Shown here: piece by piece, positions 37,505 to 44,593 of the stretch
Numbering within the stretch: position 1 is the stretch's first letter
Layout of the letters: each line of letters begins with the position of its first letter
DNA from: Candidatus Sigynarchaeum calidifontis
GTDB lineage: Archaea; Asgardarchaeota; Lokiarchaeia; Sigyniarchaeales; Sigyniarchaeaceae
Reading direction: 5' to 3'
Length of the DNA: 44,593 bases
Assembly: GCA_030587475.2 (NCBI GenBank)
Contig: JAUQYZ020000164.1
Span: 1 to 44,593, forward strand
Position numbers and translations under genes: made by a program
The notes under the pieces: model-generated
What the model was told of the DNA's origin: nothing
The model's input: the letters and a program-made list of their open reading frames with translations, nothing else
Databases searched by the model: none

Positions 37505-39109
37505 TCACCCGAAGGGCATCGTGAAGCCCATAGTGAGCCCCGACACGATGAAATTGCACAAGATGATGGCGAGTGAAAGCACGCGGATCACGTTCATGAC
37601 CACCCGCTTCTTGCCCTCAGTGGCGTCCACCTCGGCGACATATTCCACTTCGACTTGCTTTCCATCGAGGTTCCGCTCGCTCAGCTCGAACGTAACGTGG
37701 TCGATCTTGCCATCCTCGTCCGAATCCGTGACCTGGTAATCCTTGTGTTCGGCAAGCTCCACGAGCGACTTGTCCCGGTCGTCATTGTTGGGAACCATCA
37801 AGACTTTCACCACTTGCTCCGCGTTGGCCTTTCTTAACTCGCACGTCTTTTCCTCCTTGGTGAGGACGAACCGTTCCGTGATGGTCTTCTTTTCTTTGCG
37901 GGGCTTGATGAAATGGTTGAGGATCTCGTAGACACACTTGTCCCCGTCAAAAATCGGAAGAGGCATCATGTTGAAGATCGTGACGCTGATGGCAATCTGG
38001 AACAGCCAGAAGGTTTCGAGGAATAGCGTGTTCGGGGCCGTGCCACCGAGCCAGTTTCCGAGCCAGTCCTTTGGCGGCCACCATTCCTCGGACTGGATGC
38101 CGATGAAAGCAATAGATTTGTTTTTAAAATCCGAAGGGGGTATGCCTGTATACACGGTGATGTTTTGGTAGACGTTATTGCGCAAAATCAAGCAATAGAG
38201 GGTGTCATTCTGGGTAACGTTATAGTACAAGTAATACGAAAGGGCCAAGCGGACGTTTTCCACGACGGAGCCGTTGAACTTGTAATTATTGAGCGCTGTC
38301 CCGTTAATTTTCAAAAGAACATCGCCCGGATACAAGTTCCCTTGATTATGCCCGCCTTGGGATGACGGATAGACGTTGGTAATGTATAAGCCAATGGGTG
38401 CACCCCAGGAGAGCGAGACGACGGCCGTGAAGTTAACCAGGAGCAAGAGGGCAATGCCCGCGAGGATCGCATTCGAAAACGAACCCGCTGCAGCGAGGCG
38501 TGTCTTTTGCCAGCCGGAGAATTTCCCATGCTTGTATGCTTTCTCGTCGATCTCGACGAAGGCGCCAAATCCGATGATGAAGAACGCGCCCATGCCGAGC
38601 ACCCCCGTCGATTTCACGGGAATGCCATCTGAATTCGCGGCGATCGCGTGGGAAAACTCGTGCACGGTGAGCACGAATAGGATCGGGATGATGAGGTACG
38701 TGAAGGTGCTGAAATCGATCGTGAGCCCTGGCACGAGGGGCGTTATCTGGGATGATGGTTCTGGGTTCTCGATATGCGTCAATAAGGTAACCAGGTTGGA
38801 TATGAAATACCAGAAGCCGTAAACGGTAAACGAGAACGAAACGAAAATCCCCGTAGTAAATATCACCTTCCATGTTCGAGGCGATTTCTTGGCAATCTTG
38901 TATAACAGTCGATTGAGCCGGGTTGTCTTCAGCATCGCGAGGAACGGGAAGAACACCGAAAGCGCCTTCGATTTCTTGAAGCGCCCGAGAACAAGGATAA
39001 GCAGGGCTATGGCGGCCCAGAAAACGACCGCGATGATGAAGAACGGGTTCGTCACGAGGCTGGCAAGAAACATCGCGATGTCGTTCTCGGTTTGGAAAAT
39101 GGCTGACAC
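37505..39109 (-). CDS. Site-2 protease (M50) with PDZ-like domain
   Basis: VHEFSHA, GAFVE, AAAGSFSN, PGDVLLKING, FNMMPLPIFDGD. Confidence 0.92.
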   Translation of the reverse strand: MSAIFQTENDIAMFLASLVTNPFFIIAVVFWAAIALLILVLGRFKKSKALSVFFPFLAMLKTTRLNRLLYKIAKKSPRTWKVIFTTGIFVSFSFTVYGFWYFISNLVTLLTHIENPEPSSQITPLVPGLTIDFSTFTYLIIPILFVLTVHEFSHAIAANSDGIPVKSTGVLGMGAFFIIGFGAFVEIDEKAYKHGKFSGWQKTRLAAAGSFSNAILAGIALLLLVNFTAVVSLSWGAPIGLYITNVYPSSQGGHNQGNLYPGDVLLKINGTALNNYKFNGSVVENVRLALSYYLYYNVTQNDTLYCLILRNNVYQNITVYTGIPPSDFKNKSIAFIGIQSEEWWPPKDWLGNWLGGTAPNTLFLETFWLFQIAISVTIFNMMPLPIFDGDKCVYEILNHFIKPRKEKKTITERFVLTKEEKTCELRKANAEQVVKVLMVPNNDDRDKSLVELAEHKDYQVTDSDEDGKIDHVTFELSERNLDGKQVEVEYVAEVDATEGKKRVVMNVIRVLSLAIILCNFIVSGLTMGFTMPFG

Positions 39110-39241
39110 CTTTTTTAGTTCGATCCTACCGGATGAGAAGGTCTCGTCAAAATTAAAGACTCGAACTATCGACCATCAATATTATACGGATGAGACACGA
39201 TTTCTTAACTAGGTTTCCATATACCAAAAAAGGAAGCATCC

Positions 39242-39580
39242 ATGCCACTTGACGAAACGGAACTCTACGAAATGGCAGTCCCGGGGAAATTCATCGGCAA
39301 GGAAATCATAGACGCGGAAGCCAGGCGCATCGGACTCTGCCACTCGATCAAGATCAAGGCCGGATTGGACAAGAAAGGGGTTTTACACGCTGAGCTGTTC
39401 GTCGTCATCAAGGGCCTGGACATAGAGTTCGACGTCTCGTTCGACGAAATCGAGAAAATCGGGAACGTGATAAAGCTCAAGATCCCCGCACGTCAAGCCG
39501 ACGAGCTGCAAGTGAAGGACGCGATCCGCATCCAAGAAGACATTGCTGCCGAGATCAGGGCACGTGCCTCGAAAATATAG
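39242..39580 (+). CDS. PRC-barrel-like protein
   Basis: FIGKEIIDAEARRIG...VSFDEIEKIGNVIKLK. Confidence 0.7.
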   Translation: MPLDETELYEMAVPGKFIGKEIIDAEARRIGLCHSIKIKAGLDKKGVLHAELFVVIKGLDIEFDVSFDEIEKIGNVIKLKIPARQADELQVKDAIRIQEDIAAEIRARASKI

Positions 39581-39601
39581 CTCAGAAAGGATAGCACTTT
39601 T

Positions 39602-40705
39602 TTATGAAACGTTATGCCGGACCACGTCGACCACGCGCTTCAACAATAGCTGAGCGAGCTCCGGGGGTGCCCACGAGCTTAACCCACAATCAGGGCCAAC
39701 GTACGCGATGTTTTCCACGCCGTAATGGGCGATCGCCCTCTCGAGAGCGGCCTGGATCTTCTCCTCGCTATCGACCAGCAAGAGCTGCTCCTCGTAACCC
39801 GTGCCCACCGCGCGCCCCTCCTCGATCATCTTCCCGATGATGGCGTTGTAATTTGTCCGGCATATCCCTACCCGCATTTTCTTGCGGTGCTGCTCGAGGA
39901 GCTTTCGCTCGATCGTGTTCGTCGGGTTCGAAGCGAATTCACACGTGAGCACGTCGATGTTCTTTGCTTGGAGCGGGATGCGAGCGTCCGCGAGAGAATG
40001 CAAGTGGATCTGCTTCACCACGTCGTCGGGGAGACCGGAAAGGGCTATATCGAGGCATTCGACAAGATCGGCCTCGTCAATGTTGAATAAATCGATAAAT
40101 CCGAGAGAAGGCTCGTCAATAGATATGATTTTCGTCTTGATACGCGGGTCGTTGATGATCGAATTCCTCGCGAACGCGTTGACCGTCCTCGCGAAGTTGG
40201 CAAGGATCTCCTTGTAGACCGTGAACCCCATCTCGCTGTGCACGTACAGCTCGATCGGCCCCGTGATGCAGATCTTGAGCTGGACTTGATCTTTCGACGC
40301 TGAGAATTCTGGTATGCCGAGTTTTTCCAAAGGCGTGCTATTCACGAAGTGTTGCAGGATGGGAACCTCGGGAACAATAGCTTTTCGCTCGTCTATCAAG
40401 TATGGAGCCATGTCGTTCGTCGGGGAAGGATAGGCTGCAAGTGGCCTGAAAAACTGCCCGTACATGCTGAAATGCTGCGGGTAATTGACGACATCGAGCC
40501 CCGTTCGTAGTTTTTTCTCGAAACTATACACGACCGGATCGTAAACCGCGTTCTTCAAGCCACGATGTTCCAGCAAGACGGACGCATCCCCGTCACTTTC
40601 GACCAGCTTGTCGTATGCTTTGAGGTAGTTCTGGTCGAACGCATCCCGCTTGCCTTCGAGCAAGGGGAAACTACCCACGTCATCGACGAGGATTTTCCTT
40701 GCCAT
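39602..40705 (-). CDS. Single-domain cobalamin-independent methionine synthase-like (MetE core) protein
   Basis: Start MARKILVDDVGSFP; ICITGPIEL, ISIDEPSLG, QIHLH, VGPDCGL. Confidence 0.82.
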   Translation of the reverse strand: MARKILVDDVGSFPLLEGKRDAFDQNYLKAYDKLVESDGDASVLLEHRGLKNAVYDPVVYSFEKKLRTGLDVVNYPQHFSMYGQFFRPLAAYPSPTNDMAPYLIDERKAIVPEVPILQHFVNSTPLEKLGIPEFSASKDQVQLKICITGPIELYVHSEMGFTVYKEILANFARTVNAFARNSIINDPRIKTKIISIDEPSLGFIDLFNIDEADLVECLDIALSGLPDDVVKQIHLHSLADARIPLQAKNIDVLTCEFASNPTNTIERKLLEQHRKKMRVGICRTNYNAIIGKMIEEGRAVGTGYEEQLLLVDSEEKIQAALERAIAHYGVENIAYVGPDCGLSSWAPPELAQLLLKRVVDVVRHNVS

Positions 40706-40841
40706 GAGATATAAATCGCGCGCTGGCATATCAAGATTTTTCCCCATGTAGAACTTGTAGAACCCGCCCGCAAGGTATAAGTCCTCGTTTTTCCACCAGG
40801 AGCAATGTACACGGAACCGATAGGGCACGGAAGGGGAAAAA

Positions 40842-42536
40842 ATGGTCGAACTCACCGCCATCGCGCGCATGGTGCTCGAGGACAGGTATTTGCTAAAAAA
40901 CGAGAGAGGTGAGATCATAGAATCGTTCGAGGACATGATCGAAAGGGTCGCGACGAGCGTGTGTGAGGCGGACGTGAAACGAATGCGAACAAGTGATGCG
41001 GCATCGTGCAAGCAAGAAGTCCACGACATGATGGCGAATCTCGAATTTTTACCCAATTCGCCCACCTTGATGAATGCGGGCACGGCCATGGGCCAGCTTT
41101 CTGCGTGTTTCGTGCTTCCTGTTCATGATTCAATAGAGGGGATCTTTGATGCCGTCAAGAACATGGCTCAAATCCACAAGAGCGGTGGCGGGACGGGTTT
41201 CTCGTTTTCAGAGCTCCGTCCGAAGGGAGACATCATCCACTCGACCATGGGCGCCTCGTCTGGACCGATCTCCTTCATGAATGTGTTCGACGCCACGACG
41301 AATGCGATCACCCAAGGCGGGCGGAGGCGTGGCGCGAACATGGGTATCCTCGACGTGAACCATCCAGACATAGAGGAATTCATCGAGGCGAAGGCCAAAG
41401 GTGATATTCTCAAGAACTTCAACTTGTCCGTCGCGGTCACGGACGAGTTCATTCAGGCGGTGAAGGATAACTTGGATTTCCCCCTGATAAACCCGAGGAC
41501 GCTTAAAACCGTTCGGAAAGTTCCCGCGTCTGGATTGTTCGACTTGATCGCGCGTTCTGCATGGAAATCCGGCGACCCCGGCTTGATATTCATCGACGAG
41601 ATCAACCGCAAGAACCCGACGCCGCAGCTCGGCTTCATCAAGAGCACCAACCCGTGCGGCGAGGTGCCCCTCTATTCGTTCGAATCGTGCAACCTGGGTT
41701 CGATCAACCTTACTAAAATTGTGCGTGATGGTAAAATCGACTGGGACAAGCTGCGCTCCCTCGTGCGTGCCGGGATCCGATTCCTCGATAACGTCATCGA
41801 CGCGAACAAGTACCCCCTCGCGGACATTGATATCGCGACCAAGGCCAACCGCAAGATCGGCCTCGGGGTCATGGGATTTGCCGACATGTTGATCTTGCTG
41901 GGCATAAAGTATACCGATAAAAAGGCTCTTGACATTGCGGGTCAAGTCATGAAATTCATCCAAGATGAAGCGGATGCCACCTCGATCCAGCTCGGTCTCG
42001 ATCGGGGCTCGTTCCCCAATTTCATCTATTCCATATACAAGGGGCGCGTTCCCGCCATGAGAAACGCGACCCGCACGGCCATCGCCCCGACCGGCACGAT
42101 CAGCCTCATCGCGGGCGTGTCGAGCGGCATCGAGCCCGTATTCTCCGTCTATCACGAGCGCGAGATTGGAGGACGAGGACGTGTTGAGTACATCCACCCG
42201 TTGTTCTTGCGCCAGATTGCCGATCGCGGCCTTGATGTCAAGAAGATCCAGCAATCCATCATCGAAAACAAGCACATAAACGTTCCTGGTATCCCGGATG
42301 ACCTCAAGCAACTCTACATCACGGCATTTGATGTCGACCCGGATTGGCACATCGCCATCCAAGCAGCATTCCAGCAATACGTCGATAACTCGGTGAGCAA
42401 GACCATCAACCTGCCCGAATCCGCCACGGTCGATGACGTGAAGCGCTGCTTCTTGAAAGCACACGAGATGAAGACGAAAGGAATCACGGTATATCGGTAC
42501 AATTCGGTCGCGGGAAATTTACTGCAATTGGATTGA
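40842..42536 (+). CDS. nrdJ: Class II (AdoCbl) ribonucleotide reductase, NrdJ/NrdJa
   Basis: FLPNSPTLMNAG, QLSACFV, GGGTG, RRGANMG, TNPCGEVPL, SCNLGS, IAPTGTIS, SKTIN, KGITVYR. Confidence 0.95.
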   Translation: MVELTAIARMVLEDRYLLKNERGEIIESFEDMIERVATSVCEADVKRMRTSDAASCKQEVHDMMANLEFLPNSPTLMNAGTAMGQLSACFVLPVHDSIEGIFDAVKNMAQIHKSGGGTGFSFSELRPKGDIIHSTMGASSGPISFMNVFDATTNAITQGGRRRGANMGILDVNHPDIEEFIEAKAKGDILKNFNLSVAVTDEFIQAVKDNLDFPLINPRTLKTVRKVPASGLFDLIARSAWKSGDPGLIFIDEINRKNPTPQLGFIKSTNPCGEVPLYSFESCNLGSINLTKIVRDGKIDWDKLRSLVRAGIRFLDNVIDANKYPLADIDIATKANRKIGLGVMGFADMLILLGIKYTDKKALDIAGQVMKFIQDEADATSIQLGLDRGSFPNFIYSIYKGRVPAMRNATRTAIAPTGTISLIAGVSSGIEPVFSVYHEREIGGRGRVEYIHPLFLRQIADRGLDVKKIQQSIIENKHINVPGIPDDLKQLYITAFDVDPDWHIAIQAAFQQYVDNSVSKTINLPESATVDDVKRCFLKAHEMKTKGITVYRYNSVAGNLLQLD

Positions 42537-42582
42537 ACTGGTTCTGATAAATTCCATCCGTAATCTCTCATCTTCTATGCCA

Positions 42583-42858
42583 GTTGCAACACCTTTTTGA
42601 GAAAGCGGGATCACTCGGTTCTACGGGCAACTCTCTGGTATCGTCGAGCCATTCGCCTCTATTGTCGGAGCGCTCGCCGTGATCACGATGGTGAATATTC
42701 TTCCATATGCCCTCGCTTTCGCGGCGGGCGCGATGATCTTCGTGGTCGCGGAGGAGCTGATCCCCGAACCAGTGCTGGAAGGAAACACGCACGTCGCGAC
42801 GCTCGGTTTGATGATAGGATTCGCGATAATGATGGTTCTCGACGTGGCTCTGTCGTGA
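42583..42858 (+). pseudogene. 3' remnant of ZIP (ZupT/GufA) metal transporter
   Basis: Frame from 42601: [18 protein letters not shown]...[43 protein letters not shown]; in-frame TGA at 42598 and 5' two-thirds missing. Confidence 0.85.
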
Positions 42859-43043
42859 TGGCTATCGTTAATACACGACGAGCCGTTCCGGTTCATGATC
42901 GGGCCAGGCAAAAAACCACGAGATCGCGTCTGAATCGAGGGATAAACCTTAAAATTATCATCCCGCATTGGAATAACAAGTAATTTTTTTATTCGGAACG
43001 CATAGAAAACATCTGTCATGAAGGACGAAACAAGGCCGATTCT

Positions 43044-44333
43044 ATGACGGCGGGCATCTGCGTTGGAACCTGGGACGACACCATCGGATTGAAGGTTCAC
43101 GCTGAATACCCCAATTTATTTAGGAAAGAGAACAAGATACAAGATTCACAACTCTTGAACATCTTCAACGAGAGAATCGTTCACGATGTTTCTGGATTCG
43201 CCGTTTTTGAAAGCGAGACCCGGCAGATCGCGACGTATTATACCCCACTCTCCAAAAGCGAGGAATACGATGATGACGAGGAGGAGAAACCAGTGGGGCA
43301 CGGCATCGTGTTCCTTTTCCTCGATAAAGACAAGAAGATCGAGGCGATCAAGGAACAATTCATAGAATTTAGCATTTTCATTCTAAAACTCATTAATAAT
43401 AATGATTTCCCCGAACTATTTTTCAACATCATCGACAACTTTTCGTTCCTGGAACCGCTCACGGATGAACAGCGGGTCGCAGCGCTGTACAACAGCGAGG
43501 CACGCGGTTTCATCCTGCAAAAGCTCGCGGAGCGGCCGTGTTCCCGAAATGAATTGGAGGTCTGGCTCAGGGATGAATTTAACATCACGGCGATGGATCT
43601 CCAAGGCTTGCTCGTGCCATTCGTCAAGTTAGGGATAATCAAGCAATCCTACGAGGCATCCAGAGGAAAGAAACGGAAGGAATTGTATTATTTTCTCGTC
43701 AAGGACGTCTACTTGTTCCGCATCCCGCCGAAGAAAATCATCGACTCGGTTAAGAAAGGCAAGATCGAGCATTTGGACGGGGGATACTACGACGAGGTGA
43801 AGGATTTCTTCGAGGAGTACGAGCTCACCCCCGGCGAGATCAACAAGCTCGGCATCCTCCTCGCCATCCCGAACTTGTACAAGATTGTGACGCTGCTTCG
43901 TGAGCAAGTGTACGAGGTGGACGAGCTACGCATCGATTTCCTCGAGCAGTTCAACTACATGCCGTCGAACTTCGCCTATCTCCTGAAATTGCTCGAGAAG
44001 AGCGACATCGTCAAGATATACAAGAAAGGGAGCGGAAACAAGAAGATCATCGTGCTCAAGTCGGACATCCAGTTCCAGTTCTTTTTCCCCGAGTACCTCG
44101 TCGACAACATCCGCAAAGCCTGGCGCGAGAACGTGATCGACAAGAACATCGCGCTCAAGCACCTCACGCTATTGCGAGACGAGTACCTCGAGAACTTCAT
44201 GAAGCTCAACGGGAACGACAAGGAAAAACTGCGCCTGTCTCTCGACGTGGGATCCGGCGAGGCAAGAGAAGAGACGGGAGGCCGCACCAATGTCTTGAGA
44301 AAGATGGAGATGTTACTCAAGATTCCCTTGTAA
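43044..44333 (+). CDS. Asgard-type protein with N-terminal uDENN/longin-like domain and winged-helix-like repeats
   Basis: GICVGTWDDTIGLKVHAEYP; two wHTH-like segments (CSRNELEVWL..LVPFVKLGIIKQ; YEVDEL..LLKLLEKSDIVKI). Confidence 0.6.
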   Translation: MTAGICVGTWDDTIGLKVHAEYPNLFRKENKIQDSQLLNIFNERIVHDVSGFAVFESETRQIATYYTPLSKSEEYDDDEEEKPVGHGIVFLFLDKDKKIEAIKEQFIEFSIFILKLINNNDFPELFFNIIDNFSFLEPLTDEQRVAALYNSEARGFILQKLAERPCSRNELEVWLRDEFNITAMDLQGLLVPFVKLGIIKQSYEASRGKKRKELYYFLVKDVYLFRIPPKKIIDSVKKGKIEHLDGGYYDEVKDFFEEYELTPGEINKLGILLAIPNLYKIVTLLREQVYEVDELRIDFLEQFNYMPSNFAYLLKLLEKSDIVKIYKKGSGNKKIIVLKSDIQFQFFFPEYLVDNIRKAWRENVIDKNIALKHLTLLRDEYLENFMKLNGNDKEKLRLSLDVGSGEAREETGGRTNVLRKMEMLLKIPL

Positions 44334-44361
44334 ACAGCCAGATCGACACCGTTCCTTGCCA

Positions 44362-44592
44362 TTATTTCATCTTTTTCACGAGTGCCTTCGCGTACGGCAC
44401 GAGACCCCCGGCCTTGATGATTTCTTGCAAGAACGGGGGCATTTTTTGGATGAAATATCGCTTTCCCGAAGTCATTTCCTCGATGAACCCCCCGTCCGCA
44501 TCGAGCTTGAGCGCGTCGCCAGGCTTCACGGCCTTGTAAAATGCCGGATCCTTGCACTCGAAGATCGCGAGGCCCGTGTTGATGGCGTTGCG
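44362..44592 (-). CDS. leuD: 3-isopropylmalate/homoaconitate dehydratase small subunit, 3' part (runs off window end)
   Basis: RNAINTGLAIFEC...PGD...MPPFLQEIIKAGGLVPYAK*. Confidence 0.88.
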   Translation of the reverse strand, partial: RNAINTGLAIFECKDPAFYKAVKPGDALKLDADGGFIEEMTSGKRYFIQKMPPFLQEIIKAGGLVPYAKALVKKMK

Positions 44593-44593
44593 C

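Noticed and set aside
40706-41089. 5' extension of the MetE-like ORF
   Set aside because: Overlaps nrdJ antisense; family homology begins at MARKILVDDVGSFP

Overview
Chromosomal window of a GC-rich archaeon, very probably an Asgard archaeon (Lokiarchaeia/Sigynarchaeota-like; inferred from gene content). Housekeeping genes: FGGY kinase, P2A Ca-ATPase plus a decayed tandem paralogue, Sm/Lsm, YjbQ, single-OB SSB/RPA, LeuB, Icd, S8e, initiator tRNA-Met with a D-loop intron, GPH transporter, MtaB, TtuA/NcsA, site-2 protease, MetE-like, NrdJ and partial LeuD. These are interleaved with many eukaryotic-signature proteins: a ubiquitin-like precursor (GG-SAF), a longin/pseudo-GTPase-JAB/Rpn11-E1 operon followed by two C4C4 RING-like zinc fingers, two Rab-like GTPases (one with a ~400-aa Pro/Ala tail ending in a Zn ribbon), a cytosolic IFT52-like GIFT-domain protein divergent from a Rab, and a uDENN/longin-like protein. 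Two large membrane-anchored CAZymes flank the Ubl gene: an apparently circularly permuted heparinase II/III-type lyase and a multi-TM GH123/DUF4091 fusion. No CRISPR array, rRNA or intact mobile element was seen. Family assignments come from motif recognition by eye, not from database searches.
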